DNA of 52,178 nt from an uncultured Peptostreptococcaceae bacterium. GTDB taxonomy: Bacteria > Bacillota > Clostridia > Peptostreptococcales > BM714. A model generated the notes under the pieces. It was not told the origin of the DNA, did no database searches, and saw only the letters and a program-made list of their open reading frames with translations. A program made the translations under genes and the position numbers. Of this stretch, positions 20,950 through 31,482 are shown in pieces. Where the stretch lies: positions 1 through 52,178 of the forward strand of contig CAZTZB010000004.1 of NCBI GenBank assembly GCA_964617505.1. The letters run 5' to 3'. Positions within the stretch are counted from its first letter, which is position 1. Each line of letters begins with the position of its first letter.

Positions 20950-21900
20950 TTAGACAAACAGATTGCTTACAGATTCATTCTTGTAAACTCGTTTCATTAC
21001 CTCTGCAAACAAAGGCGCCGCTGAAAGAATGGTCATTTTGTCCATTATCTTATCTTTGCTTAGATCAATAGTATCCAAAACAACCAATTCCTTTATAACC
21101 GAATTTTCAAGCCTCTCTATTGCAGGACCTGAAAGAATAGCGTGGGTACAGCATGCGTATACATCATTAGCTCCAAGGTCTTTTAGTGCTTTGGCTCCCT
21201 GTACAATTGTGCCGGCAGTATCAATCATATCGTCAATGAGAATGACATTCTTACCTTTTATATCCCCTATGATATTCATTATTTCTGCAACATTCGCCTT
21301 TGGACGCCTCTTGTCTATGATTGCTATCGGTGCATCAAGGCGATCCGCAAATTTTCTTGACCGTGCAACACTTCCAAGATCCGGCGATACAACCACCAAA
21401 TTTTCAATATTTTTGCTATTGAAATATTTCGCTAGAATCGGAACACCCATGAGATGATCTACGGGAACATTGAAATAGCCCTGTATCTGTGCAGCATGCA
21501 GATCCATAGCCAAAACCCTGTCCGCTCCTGCCTTTTCAAGCAAATCAGCCACCAACTTTGCTGAAATCGGATCACGCGCCTTAGCCTTGCGGTCTTGCCT
21601 TGCATAGCCATAGTATGGAATAACTGCAGATATGCTTTTTGCCGAAGCCCTCTTGCATGCGTCTATCATAATCAAGAGCTCCATCAGGTAACGATTAACC
21701 AAAGGTGGGCTTACGGATTGTATTAAGTATACATCTCTACCCCTTACTGATTCATTGATATTTACAGTTATCTCACCATCACTGAAGGATCCAACTTTAG
21801 CATCGCCCAATGGCAAATCCAGCTCCTCACAGATTTTTTCAGCCAATTTACGATTTGAATTTCCAGAAAAAATCTTAACCCGTTTACTTGCCTCTTGCAT
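20950..21900 (-). CDS. prs: Ribose-phosphate pyrophosphokinase
   Basis: [50 protein letters not shown]. True start ATG 21900; the track's longer N-terminus overlaps glmU. Confidence 0.97.
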   Translation of the reverse strand: MQEASKRVKIFSGNSNRKLAEKICEELDLPLGDAKVGSFSDGEITVNINESVRGRDVYLIQSVSPPLVNRYLMELLIMIDACKRASAKSISAVIPYYGYARQDRKAKARDPISAKLVADLLEKAGADRVLAMDLHAAQIQGYFNVPVDHLMGVPILAKYFNSKNIENLVVVSPDLGSVARSRKFADRLDAPIAIIDKRRPKANVAEIMNIIGDIKGKNVILIDDMIDTAGTIVQGAKALKDLGANDVYACCTHAILSGPAIERLENSVIKELVVLDTIDLSKDKIMDKMTILSAAPLFAEVMKRVYKNESVSNLFV

Positions 21901-21943
21901 TTGAAGAAACCCTCCTCTAAATTGTCTGAATGTTTTGTTTGCT

Positions 21944-23317
21944 TTATTTATCATCAATGGATAGTTTTCTATCCACCCATTTCTCTTTATTTTCCTGCCT
22001 GCTCCTGCCAATGCTAAGAGCTCCTGCGGGAACATTCTGTGTGACGGTCGTTCCTGCAGCCACATAGGCCCTGTTATTAACAGTCACAGGAGCAACTAGA
22101 TTTACATTGCATCCTATGAACACATCGTCTCCCACAAGCGTTCTGTGTTTCTTTTTTCCATCATAATTTACAAAAACAACACCACAACTAATGTTGACTC
22201 TTTTACCAACATCCGCATCACCTATGTACGCCAGGTGTGACGCCTTACTGCCTTCGCCTATAGTTGAATTCTTAACCTCTACAAAATCGCCTAACTTCAC
22301 ATTGTTGCCGATATTGCTTCCTGGACGCAAATATGCATATGGTCCAATCTTGGTATCGTTGCCAATACAGCTTTCATTTACGGTTGACTGGCTTATGCTT
22401 GTTCCATTTCCTACCGTTGAGTTTTTCAAAACAGTGTATGGCCCAATCTCGCAGTCCGAACCTATCAAGGTGTTGCCAATCAACTGTGAACCCGGCATAA
22501 TCACAGTATCCGTTTCTATCTTCACATCAATTCCAATTGTCGTGTCCGATGGATTCAATATTGTCACTCCCGCAATCATGTGCCTCTTTAGAATCCTTGC
22601 TTTCATGATTTGTTCAGCCATAGAAAGCTGAACCCGGTTATTAACTCCCAAAATCTCGCTTGGATTATTTATTGCATATGTTCCGGTTTTTTTGCCTTTA
22701 TTGTGGAGTATAGCTATAACATCTGTCAAATAGTATTCACCTTGGCTATTGTTGTTCTCTATGCGTTTAAGTGCTTCCTTGAGTTCTTTAGAGTCAAAAC
22801 AATACATTCCGGAATTGATTTCATTTATTAGCTTTTCTTTTTCATCAGCGTCTTTTTCTTCAACAATCCCGATAAATTTGCCATTTGAGTCCTTCAAAAC
22901 CCTTCCATAACCTAAAGGATTATCCAAGGCAGTAGTCAAAACAGTGACCGCATTCTCCTTTCTTTTGTGATAATCTATCAAGCCCCTCAGTGATTCACCA
23001 CAAATAAGCGGAGTGTCTCCGCATAAAACCAATACGGTTCCTTCACTTGGTATGCTGTAAATCGCCTGCATTACCGCATGTCCCGTTCCAAGCCTTTCGC
23101 TCTGAACAGCAAATTCCAACTTCCGCCCGCAAAGATTTTGACGTACCTCGTCAGCTTCATGCCCAACTACGACTACCGAATCGGAAACGCCAGCTTCCTC
23201 TGCAGCTCTCAATACATATTCTATCATAGGAATCCCGCAAACTTCGTGAAGAATCTTAGGTTTTTTCGATTTCATTCTAGTTCCCGCACCAGCCGCAAGA
23301 ATTATTGCCTTCAGCAT
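21944..23317 (-). CDS. glmU: Bifunctional UDP-GlcNAc pyrophosphorylase / GlcN-1-P acetyltransferase
   Basis: [28 protein letters not shown], hexapeptide repeats, HLAYIGDA. Start ATG 23317. Confidence 0.97.
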   Translation of the reverse strand: MLKAIILAAGAGTRMKSKKPKILHEVCGIPMIEYVLRAAEEAGVSDSVVVVGHEADEVRQNLCGRKLEFAVQSERLGTGHAVMQAIYSIPSEGTVLVLCGDTPLICGESLRGLIDYHKRKENAVTVLTTALDNPLGYGRVLKDSNGKFIGIVEEKDADEKEKLINEINSGMYCFDSKELKEALKRIENNNSQGEYYLTDVIAILHNKGKKTGTYAINNPSEILGVNNRVQLSMAEQIMKARILKRHMIAGVTILNPSDTTIGIDVKIETDTVIMPGSQLIGNTLIGSDCEIGPYTVLKNSTVGNGTSISQSTVNESCIGNDTKIGPYAYLRPGSNIGNNVKLGDFVEVKNSTIGEGSKASHLAYIGDADVGKRVNISCGVVFVNYDGKKKHRTLVGDDVFIGCNVNLVAPVTVNNRAYVAAGTTVTQNVPAGALSIGRSRQENKEKWVDRKLSIDDK

Positions 23318-23388
23318 ATTCACACCCCCAACACATCTGTCTTCCGTCATAGATTATAACATGTGGCAAGCATTATTTCCATTACGAA

Positions 23389-24216
23389 TCAAACACACTT
23401 ATTTTCTTTAGGGTGTATTGTTATTTTCTTATCTTTTGTTATTCCATCAAGAGCAATAAGTGAAATGTAATCATCCACCATCTTAGCTTCCGGCTCTTTC
23501 GTTGCTATCAGAACCCCTATTCCGACAACGTTGGCATCAAACTCCTTCATCAAATCTACAAGGCCTTTTGCTGTGCCTCCAGCTCTCATGAAATCGTCTA
23601 TGATCAATACATTAGAACCCGTCTTGACCGCGCGTTTAGATACATACATCGTGCTTATGCTTCCAGTTGATCCGGATACATAGTTTATACTCACCGTCGA
23701 TCCTTCCGTAACTCTGTTGTCATCCCTAGCAATAACAAGCGGCACATTAAGAGTATTGGCAGTCATAAGTGCCAACGGTATCCCCTTTGTTTCAAGCGTC
23801 AAAATGTAATCAATAGGCTTGCCCGCAAAGATTTTGCCGAAAATTTCACCAATTTTCTTTACATAATGCGGATTGTAGATAATATCGGCAGTGTAAAGAA
23901 ATCCTCCTGATATTACCCTGCTTTCATCTCTCAATCTTTCGCAGATTTCGCATAAAACTTTCCCTGCCTCAAAATCGTTAATCAGAGGAATATACCTAAC
24001 GCCTCCCGCAGCTCCCGAAATCGTTTCGACCAATCCAAGCTCCAGATCCTCCATTACCTTTTTAACGATTACTATGTCCTCGCTAATTGTAGATTTCGCA
24101 GCATTAAACATGGCAGTAAAATGATTCAGCGTGTAAATCTTGTTTGGAGTGTCGCAAAGTACTTTGACTATGCCTCCAATTCTCTCGTTTCTCTTAAATT
24201 TGCTCAAATTCATCAC
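23389..24216 (-). CDS. purR: Pur operon repressor (Bacillus-type)
   Basis: KRNERIG, AAKSTISEDI, GAAGGVRYIP, ETKGIPLA, PRPP-binding VLIIDDFMRAGGT. Confidence 0.95.
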   Translation of the reverse strand: MMNLSKFKRNERIGGIVKVLCDTPNKIYTLNHFTAMFNAAKSTISEDIVIVKKVMEDLELGLVETISGAAGGVRYIPLINDFEAGKVLCEICERLRDESRVISGGFLYTADIIYNPHYVKKIGEIFGKIFAGKPIDYILTLETKGIPLALMTANTLNVPLVIARDDNRVTEGSTVSINYVSGSTGSISTMYVSKRAVKTGSNVLIIDDFMRAGGTAKGLVDLMKEFDANVVGIGVLIATKEPEAKMVDDYISLIALDGITKDKKITIHPKENKCV

Positions 24217-24218
24217 CC

Positions 24219-24260
24219 ATCCGAATTATTTTTATGGTTATTATTAATTTTATTCGTTTT
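24219..24260. promoter_or_regulatory. Candidate inverted PurBox pair in the purR/murC divergent region
   Basis: CCGAATTA (24221) and TATTCGTT (24251): CGAA...TTCG cores 27 nt apart, similar to Bacillus PurBox geometry. Confidence 0.4.
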
Positions 24261-24381
24261 TTTGCAAAATTTCAATAGACAAGATCATTTTTTTAAATTA
24301 ATAAAAGCAAAATTCACCATCAAATGGTTTTATGGTATAATTCATTGAGTATCAGATTACACAATGAATGGAGAGATTATT

Positions 24382-25785
24382 ATGAAAAATGCAATCAATA
24401 AATCCGATTTTAACCCATATGACAAAATTCATATGATTGGAATCGGCGGAATCGGAATGAGCGCAATAGCCGAGTTGCTTCTGTCAAATGGAAAAACAAT
24501 CTCCGGTTCGGATATAAATTCATCTACAATTATAGACAAGCTCGTCAAGAAAGGCGCAAATATCTTCATAGGCCATTCAGCGGAACATATAAAGAACACG
24601 GATCTCATAATATATACATCTGCTGTAGCGCCCGACAATCCAGAACTGTCAAAAGCCATAGAACTCGGCATGCCCATCATGGACAGGGCTGAAGCATTGG
24701 GGCTCATTATGAAGGCCTACAAAGAACGAATAGCCGTTTCCGGTGCACATGGAAAAACTACAACAACTTCTATGCTTTCAATGATTATGGAGGATTCGGG
24801 CGTAGACCCAACCATTCTGGTAGGAGGAGTAATTGAAGAGATTTCAGGCAATGTTAAAATAGGCAAAATGGATTACATGATAACCGAAGCATGCGAATAC
24901 AAGGAAAACTTTCTAAAGTTTCATCCTACCCTTGAAATAATACTCAATGTTGACGAGGATCACCTTGACTACTACAAGGATTTGAAGCATATAATGGAAG
25001 CCTTCGAGCGTTTTACCGAATGTCTTCCAAACAAAGGAATCATAGTAGCTAACTATGATGACTACAATGTCAAGATTGTTTGTGCAAGCTCAGACAAAAA
25101 AATAATCAGCTATGGAATAAACACAGAAGCAGATTACCAAGCTTTACACATAGTATACAACGACAGCGGCTTTCCAAGCTTTGATGTAACAAAAAATGGA
25201 AAGTTTTACGGACACTTTGATCTTTCGGTACCTGGAACACACAATATTTACAACGCTTTGGCTGCCATAACTGTCAGCGATGTTTACGACATTAAAATAG
25301 AAATTATTCAAAAACGTTTAAAATCTTTTTGTAATCCCAAGCGCCGTTTCGAGATAAAACATACTTGCAATGGAATAACTATAATAGACGACTATGCACA
25401 TCATCCAAGTGAAATAAAGGCAACACTCGAAGCCGCAGGAAGATATCCGCATAAGAGGATATGGAGTATATTCCAGCCCCACACTTTCACCAGGACAAAA
25501 GCCCTTCTTTCGGATTTTTCATCATCATTTGGAAAAGCCGACCTCGTGGTAATAACCGATATCTATGCCGCTAGGGAAAAAGATTTAGGAGAGGTGCATA
25601 GCAGCGATTTGGCACGCCTTGTAAACGAAGAGGGAGTTTCAGCTAAATATATCAGTTCTTTCGAGGATGTAGCTGAGAATGTTGCAGACCTTGTTGCGCC
25701 AGGAGATGTCATCCTTACAATGGGAGCCGGAGATGTATATAAGATAGGCGACCTTATCGCAATTCGATTGGAAGGCAAAAAATAA
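24382..25785 (+). CDS. murC: UDP-N-acetylmuramate--L-alanine ligase
   Basis: IGIGGIGMS, SGAHGKTTTT, EACEY, DEDHLDYY, DDYAHHPSEI, FQPHTFTRT, MGAGD. Confidence 0.97.
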   Translation: MKNAINKSDFNPYDKIHMIGIGGIGMSAIAELLLSNGKTISGSDINSSTIIDKLVKKGANIFIGHSAEHIKNTDLIIYTSAVAPDNPELSKAIELGMPIMDRAEALGLIMKAYKERIAVSGAHGKTTTTSMLSMIMEDSGVDPTILVGGVIEEISGNVKIGKMDYMITEACEYKENFLKFHPTLEIILNVDEDHLDYYKDLKHIMEAFERFTECLPNKGIIVANYDDYNVKIVCASSDKKIISYGINTEADYQALHIVYNDSGFPSFDVTKNGKFYGHFDLSVPGTHNIYNALAAITVSDVYDIKIEIIQKRLKSFCNPKRRFEIKHTCNGITIIDDYAHHPSEIKATLEAAGRYPHKRIWSIFQPHTFTRTKALLSDFSSSFGKADLVVITDIYAAREKDLGEVHSSDLARLVNEEGVSAKYISSFEDVAENVADLVAPGDVILTMGAGDVYKIGDLIAIRLEGKK

Positions 25786-25804
25786 TCTTTAAATATTCGA
25801 GTCC

Positions 25805-25843
25805 AAATAAAGCCCCGGGGATTTTTCCCCAAGGGCTTTATTT
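25805..25843. terminator. Bidirectional terminator between murC and the ClC gene
   Basis: AAATAAAGCCC...GGGCTTTATTT 11-bp arms between convergent genes. Confidence 0.75.
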
Positions 25844-27149
25844 AGTCTATATCTATCAAATTGTCCCCAAGCGGTTTTGTATATATGCTGTACTTATGCA
25901 TGATTTCCATTGTAATGCTCCCGATGGCGCAAGCTATTAGGGACGGAAAGAGGATTGCAAAATTGTCTGTGAGCTCGGCAATCATTAAAGCCGCCGAAAT
26001 AGGAGCCTCTGCAAAACCCGCAAACATAACTCCAATACCTATTATCGAATATGTATTGCTGTTGAATATGAGTGTCGGGAAAAACCTTTCTAAAAAATTT
26101 CCATAAACGGCTCCGAAAGTCGCCCCTATGTATAATCCCGGTACGAACACCCCTCCGATTCCTCCGCTGCCTAGAGTCAAGAAGGTCGCAAGCAATTTGA
26201 ACACCAAAAGCATCAAGAGCAGCTTCATTCCAAATTCACCTTCTACAATCCTTGGAATCGTATCAAATTCAATGTCGTATATAAGTGGCAAATTGTATCC
26301 TATGATTCCAACAAGCCCTGCTCCGATTATGGGCTTCACCATTATCGGCAATTTCAACCTTTTTTCGAAAAATGCTTTCGTTAATTCAAGTCCTTTTATG
26401 TATATAAATGCAATAAGGCTAGTCGCAACTCCAAGCAAAATGTAAAAAATAATTTCACGATAATCCTTCAAACCATAGCTTCCTTTTATTATAAGAAAAG
26501 GTGTATGTCCTATAACAACCCTTCCTAAAAATGCTGCTGTTATAGATGAAATGAATATTGGTGTAAAATACTCAAAAAAATCTCTATTCATAAGAACTTC
26601 CATTACAAACAGAGCTGCAAAAACCGGAGCATCGAAAACAGCCGACAAACTTCCCGCCACACCACACCCAATCATTATTCTAATCTTCTTGTCTGAAAAA
26701 CCGGCCCTATATCCTATATTTGATCCAATTGCACCACCAAGATGAACTATTGGGCCATGCCTCCCTGCCGACAAGCCACTTGAAAGTGTTATTAAGGTTC
26801 CAAGCATTTTTATAAGCACAGTCTTGGGTTTCATTAGCATTCGGTTTATGTATTTCAGTTCTTCTATTACCTCGGTAACCCCACAACCTCTTTTGTCATC
26901 TTCAATGAGATATCGATTTATTAAGCCTATGGCTAGGCCCGCAAGCAAGGGTATGATAAAATACTTGGATTTGCCTAAATTAAACGATTGAGAGAAGGTA
27001 TTGTACAAAATGAAATGGAGGGCGTCCAAGAGCCAATTGAACAAAATCCCTCCAAAGCCGGTCAAAAGACCGACTAAAAGAGCCAAAAGAAAAATCGAGA
27101 GTCTCTCGAATCGCCCATCTTCATTTTTTTTGAAGGTTTTTTCTTTCAT
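25842..27149 (-). CDS. ClC-family anion transport protein (no CBS domains), non-canonical motifs
   Basis: ClC motif order present: GCGV, GRHGP, GVAGSLSAVFDAP, GGVFVP, EAPISA..MIAELT, IY. Confidence 0.85.
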   Translation of the reverse strand: MKEKTFKKNEDGRFERLSIFLLALLVGLLTGFGGILFNWLLDALHFILYNTFSQSFNLGKSKYFIIPLLAGLAIGLINRYLIEDDKRGCGVTEVIEELKYINRMLMKPKTVLIKMLGTLITLSSGLSAGRHGPIVHLGGAIGSNIGYRAGFSDKKIRIMIGCGVAGSLSAVFDAPVFAALFVMEVLMNRDFFEYFTPIFISSITAAFLGRVVIGHTPFLIIKGSYGLKDYREIIFYILLGVATSLIAFIYIKGLELTKAFFEKRLKLPIMVKPIIGAGLVGIIGYNLPLIYDIEFDTIPRIVEGEFGMKLLLMLLVFKLLATFLTLGSGGIGGVFVPGLYIGATFGAVYGNFLERFFPTLIFNSNTYSIIGIGVMFAGFAEAPISAALMIAELTDNFAILFPSLIACAIGSITMEIMHKYSIYTKPLGDNLIDID

Positions 27150-27305
27150 ATCCCTTCATCCCTCTTATAAAAAATTTTTAAAAAAAATGTTTAATATTAT
27201 TTTTTAAGGTTATATATATAATATCTTAATCCCTACTCCCCCTAAAATAATAGGGGCGGAAGAATCCGCTCTTGTTATTCTTTTTTTTTTGAAGCTTTTA
27301 CCAAT

Positions 27306-28259
27306 CTATTCCTGAGTATATATGGATGTCATCAATTCTTCTACAGCCATCGGATCATGAAGAAAATAGGAAAGCCCTATGTTGGTAACTCTTCCCGGTA
27401 TACGATAGGTATTGATGTCATTTCTGGTCATTCCGACAGCACTCTTTGCATAATAAAGTATGTCGGGAAGGCTCATGTCGGTTTTAACATATTGGAACAT
27501 TGTGTTTGCTACCACCGGCAATTTGAAACTCAATATATTCTTAGCCGCTGATTTCAAAAATTCCTGCTGAGCCTCTATTCTTCCCAAGTCTCCATTTTGA
27601 TATCCCGTACCATCATTGTTTTTCCTAAACCTAAGATACTCAATCGCATTGTCCCCGCGAAGAGTCTGCACTCCCTCTTCAAAATGTATGTGCAATTCAG
27701 GTTCAGCGTAAATATCGTCGTAATCCATTTTTATGGGTATGTTAACTTCTACTCCACCTATTGAATCAACTATTCTCTCTATACCGGAATATGTCACCTT
27801 TACATATTCATGTACCGGAACATCAAGTATGTCCGAAACAATCGCCATAACCTGCTCTGCTCCCCCATGACCATAGGCTGCATTTATCTTTTTCTGATCT
27901 GAAGCGTCATAGCCGCTCCTATAATAATAGGTATCTCTTGGAATCGAAACTATATCCAGTTTTCCATTGTCCGGATCAAAGCTGGCCAACATTATGGTAT
28001 CGGTTCTGTATCCTTCAAGTCCCAAAAGAAGCACATTGACACGCCTGCTTTCTTTTATCGCTTTCTCTAAAGGCGTTTCTATTTCATCTTCAGTTCCAAT
28101 CCCATTCGGATAAATGCCTTCTTCCGTATTTACTTCCGCCTCGGCGCTAGATGTCGGATCATAGTATTTTATGAAAGCAAATGTACCTGATCCTATCAAT
28201 ATCGTAAAACAAAGAAATGCCACAGCAAATACTTTAAAAAATGTTTTCATATATACCAC
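27306..28259 (-). CDS. LCP (LytR-CpsA-Psr) family glycopolymer transferase
   Basis: N-terminal TM, NVLLLG, RTDTIML, SIPRDTY, KINAAY, YLRFRK, GDLGRIEAQQ. Confidence 0.92.
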   Translation of the reverse strand: MVYMKTFFKVFAVAFLCFTILIGSGTFAFIKYYDPTSSAEAEVNTEEGIYPNGIGTEDEIETPLEKAIKESRRVNVLLLGLEGYRTDTIMLASFDPDNGKLDIVSIPRDTYYYRSGYDASDQKKINAAYGHGGAEQVMAIVSDILDVPVHEYVKVTYSGIERIVDSIGGVEVNIPIKMDYDDIYAEPELHIHFEEGVQTLRGDNAIEYLRFRKNNDGTGYQNGDLGRIEAQQEFLKSAAKNILSFKLPVVANTMFQYVKTDMSLPDILYYAKSAVGMTRNDINTYRIPGRVTNIGLSYFLHDPMAVEELMTSIYTQE

Positions 28260-28500
28260 TCCATAGTATCAAAAGATTTATTTCGATTATTTGAATACCG
28301 CCCACACACAAGTGGGCCTTTTCAATTCTAACATACATTATAATTATGTTTGCATAAAAAAACTTTACAATTCTGTTACTCTTGGACAAAAACAAAAAAA
28401 CTCACACTATTTCAATCTTATTCTATCATACACAAAGAAAATTATGTGCATAGATTTGCCCCAATAGCAATACCTCGCCATCGGGGCAAACAATTTTATT

Positions 28501-29706
28501 TTACAGATCAAACACTTTAGCTATTGCATGAACAGCTTTTATCTTGTCCTTTGGGTTTATTGTATAGGATATTCGAATTTCAGACGTTGTAACCTGCTTG
28601 AATTCTATGTCGTTTTCGGCAAGAATTTTAAACATTTTTGCTGCTACTCCAGAATGGCTTCTCATTCCATTTCCTACTACAGAGAGCTTTGTAATCTCTT
28701 CGTCAATTTCAGCTGCAATTCCACCTGTTTCTTCTTCAAATATTCTAATCACTTCACGTATTGCATTTAAATCTACTTTATTTGCCGTAAAGGAAATATT
28801 TATGAAATTGTCATAAGGCGCCGTTTGGCTTATCATGTCAATATTTACGTCCCTCTCTGCAAGTTTCTCAAAAAGTCCTGAAACGACTTTTGAAGAATAT
28901 GGTATTGTGTTGATGGTTATCATAATATCGTCATCGCTAACAGACAATCCCGTTATCACTTTTTCTTCCATGCTCACATCATACTCCTTTATATAGGTCC
29001 CCGGACGTTCCTCCGTACTCAAGGCGACATAGATTGGAACTCCGAATTTCTGCCCTATTTCAACAGAACGAGGTTGCATAACTCCGGCTCCCAAACTCGC
29101 CATTTCCAGCATTTCTTCGTAGCTTATTGTCTCAAGTTTTTTGGCCTCAGTATATAGCCTCGGATCCACCGTATAAATACCTTCGACATCCGTATAGATT
29201 TCACAACTACATGACAATTTTGCCGCCAAAGCTACAGCCGTGGTATCCGACCCCCCCCGACCCAGAGTGGTTATACTTCCTTTTTCGTTGACTCCCTGAA
29301 ATCCGGCAACAACTACTATATTTCCATTGTCTAATTCCTCTTTGACATTTGATATTTCAATGTCTGTTATTCTCGCTTTGGTGTGTAGTCCCCCCGTGTG
29401 AATTCCTGCCTGAAATCCAGTCATGGATATCGAATCAAATCCAAGCTCCTTAAGTGCAATTGAAAGAAGCGAACTCGATATTTGTTCACCTGTCGACATC
29501 AACATATCCATTTCCCTTTTCGAAGGATTATCCGAAATCTCTTTTGCCATTTCAACCAACATATTTGTCGTTTTACCCATGGCCGAAACAACGACTACTA
29601 CCCGGTCTCCATTTTCTCGCCTTTTGGCAACGCGCCTTGCTACATTTTTAATTTTTGCTATCGTTCCAACGGAACTTCCTCCGTATTTCTGAACTACAAG
29701 TGCCAT
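28501..29706 (-). CDS. lysC: Aspartate kinase with ACT domains
   Basis: VQKYGGSSV, VVSAMG, GFQG, TLGRGGSDTTA, YTDVEG, C-terminal TTSEIRIS. Confidence 0.95.
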   Translation of the reverse strand: MALVVQKYGGSSVGTIAKIKNVARRVAKRRENGDRVVVVVSAMGKTTNMLVEMAKEISDNPSKREMDMLMSTGEQISSSLLSIALKELGFDSISMTGFQAGIHTGGLHTKARITDIEISNVKEELDNGNIVVVAGFQGVNEKGSITTLGRGGSDTTAVALAAKLSCSCEIYTDVEGIYTVDPRLYTEAKKLETISYEEMLEMASLGAGVMQPRSVEIGQKFGVPIYVALSTEERPGTYIKEYDVSMEEKVITGLSVSDDDIMITINTIPYSSKVVSGLFEKLAERDVNIDMISQTAPYDNFINISFTANKVDLNAIREVIRIFEEETGGIAAEIDEEITKLSVVGNGMRSHSGVAAKMFKILAENDIEFKQVTTSEIRISYTINPKDKIKAVHAIAKVFDL

Positions 29707-29724
29707 ATCAAGATGCCTCCCTTC

Positions 29725-31023
29725 CTATATGATATCGTTTCTTATTAAATCATCCAATGTCTCTCTTTTGACAGTAACTCTCGATTTCCCTTCCGATGCA
29801 AATACAACCGCAGGTCTCCCCAGCCTATTGTAGTTGCTTGACATTGAATAGTTATATGCTCCTGTTGTAAATACAGCTATTAAATCACCTTTTTTTACCT
29901 TTGGAAATTCAATATCGCGTATTATTACATCTCCAGACTCGCAACACTTTCCGGCTATTGTATACCTTTCCTCAGGCTGGTCGCTCATTCTGTTTGCAAG
30001 AGCCGCCTCATATCTTGCATCGTAAAGAGCAGTTCTCGGGTTGTCGGCCATCCCTCCATCAACAAAAATATAATTTCTTCCTCCATAGGTTTCTTTTACC
30101 CCACCCACACTATAAAGCGTTATTCCAGAATTACCGACGATTGCCCTTCCCGGTTCAATCATCACTTTTTTTACGGCCAAATCATTGCGTTCGATTTTTG
30201 ATTCAATATGTTTTACCAATTTGCTCAAGAAATCCGAAAGCTTAATAGGACTGTCCTCTCCAGAATAATAAACTCCAAAGCCTCCGCCTAGATTAAGTTC
30301 TTCGGCTTTATATCCGTTTCTCTCTTCTACAACCTTTATAAAATCAGTCATTACCGACACCGTTTCAAAAAAAGGATCCTCGTCATTGATTTGAGAACCT
30401 ATATGACAATGAAATCCATGAAGATTGATAGCTGGACTATCCAAAATTCTTTCAATTATTCCAAAAATTTTTCTCCCATATATAGATTCCCCAAACTTGG
30501 AATCATGCTTCGATGTCTGGATATACTGATGGGTATGGGCTGTAACACCAGGATTCAGTCTTACAAGAACATCCGCCTTGACTCCCTTTGACATAGCAAT
30601 TCGTTCTAAGACATCCACTTCATCCATATTGTCTACGACAATTCTTCCTATACCCTCTGAAACGGCCATCTCAATTTCCATGTCTGTTTTGTTGTTTCCA
30701 TGCATATATATGTTTTCTCTCGGAAAATCCGACCTTACAATCGTATAGAGTTCTCCAGCGGACACTGCATCTATTCCTATTCCCTCTTCCATTGCTATTC
30801 GGCACATTGCCATATTCAAGAAAGCCTTAGACGCATAAATAACCTGGCAATCCAATTTTTCTGAAACAAAATGTTCTCTAAAAAGTCTCATATTTTCCCT
30901 TACAAGATTTTCATCCATAACATATAAAGGAGTGCCATGGGTCTTCGCCAACTCTGCAGCATCGCAACCGCCTATTTCCAAATGATTCTGCGCATTCATT
31001 TTCATTGTTCCAAATAATTTCAA
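29725..31023 (-). CDS. lysA: Diaminopimelate decarboxylase
   Basis: GTPLYVMD, YASKAF (PLP lysine), HCHIGSQI, LNLGGGFG, EPGRAIV, GKCCESGD, TGAYNYSM..NYN. Confidence 0.96.
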   Translation of the reverse strand: MKLFGTMKMNAQNHLEIGGCDAAELAKTHGTPLYVMDENLVRENMRLFREHFVSEKLDCQVIYASKAFLNMAMCRIAMEEGIGIDAVSAGELYTIVRSDFPRENIYMHGNNKTDMEIEMAVSEGIGRIVVDNMDEVDVLERIAMSKGVKADVLVRLNPGVTAHTHQYIQTSKHDSKFGESIYGRKIFGIIERILDSPAINLHGFHCHIGSQINDEDPFFETVSVMTDFIKVVEERNGYKAEELNLGGGFGVYYSGEDSPIKLSDFLSKLVKHIESKIERNDLAVKKVMIEPGRAIVGNSGITLYSVGGVKETYGGRNYIFVDGGMADNPRTALYDARYEAALANRMSDQPEERYTIAGKCCESGDVIIRDIEFPKVKKGDLIAVFTTGAYNYSMSSNYNRLGRPAVVFASEGKSRVTVKRETLDDLIRNDII

Positions 31024-31073
31024 AGCAACGACCTCCGTGTTCAGATGATTTACATACTATCTGCAAAATACAC

Positions 31074-31103
31074 AAAAAATGCCATGAGCAAGGCTACATG
31101 ACA
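31074..31103 (-). terminator. Terminator of the lysine riboswitch expression platform (lysA-lysC leader)
   Basis: Minus strand TGTCATG-tagccttgct-CATGGCA-TTTTTT, immediately after the aptamer. Confidence 0.65.
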
Positions 31104-31122
31104 TCCATCATTTTCAACCCTG

Positions 31123-31299
31123 CAAATCAGCGCCTCATCAATACTCATGCATTGATGACAGTGGCATGCCTATTTGACATGTCCCCAACATGCGGAACCG
31201 TTCAGGCCAATTCCCCACATTTCGGCGGTTGCACCTTTCATGACGCCAAGCCTGACAAAACAGCTGACATTACTCATTACATCCGCACCTCTAACTCAC
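31123..31299 (-). ncRNA. Lysine riboswitch (L-box) upstream of lysA-lysC
   Basis: Minus strand reads AGAGGTGC...GAGTA...GAAAGG...GCCGAA...TTGGG...GCCACTGTCA...GAGGCGCT, the conserved L-box blocks in order, upstream of lysine biosynthesis genes. Confidence 0.92.
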
Positions 31300-31330
31300 A
31301 ATAGAAGTTCACATATTCATTTATTCGTAT

Positions 31331-31359
31331 AGTCTATAGCATGCGCGACATGTTGTCAA
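31331..31359 (-). promoter_or_regulatory. SigA promoter for the lysA-lysC leader
   Basis: TTGACA (31359-31354), 17 nt, TAGACT (31336-31331). Confidence 0.75.
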
Positions 31360-31401
31360 CACGCACAAGATTGTTTCTTTGTTTATGCAATACGTTTTCG
31401 T

Positions 31402-31430
31402 TTGACAAACATTGTACGCTATTATATCAT
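31402..31430 (+). promoter_or_regulatory. SigA promoter for the NhaC/LysW leader
   Basis: TTGACA (31402), 17 nt, TATCAT (31425). Confidence 0.8.
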
Positions 31431-31482
31431 TAATATGTAATAGTTGTTTCTTTTAATAAAACACAACTTAATATTCGTTTTG

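Noticed and set aside
21901-22065. N-terminal extension of Prs in the ORF track
   Set aside because: It overlaps the glmU 3' end; ATG 21900 with a GGAGG RBS gives a normal-sized Prs of about 316 aa.
27281-27290. T10 homopolymer as a phase-variation switch
   Set aside because: Intergenic and AT-rich, just downstream of the LCP stop; not shown to lie within a promoter spacer.
27150-27305. Fluoride riboswitch / CLC-F assignment
   Set aside because: No GGCGATGG-type aptamer upstream, and the protein lacks the GNNLI/GREGT/GEVTP motifs.
29249-29258. C8/G8 tract in lysC as a slippage site
   Set aside because: It simply encodes the conserved RGG of the aspartokinase motif and the frame is intact.
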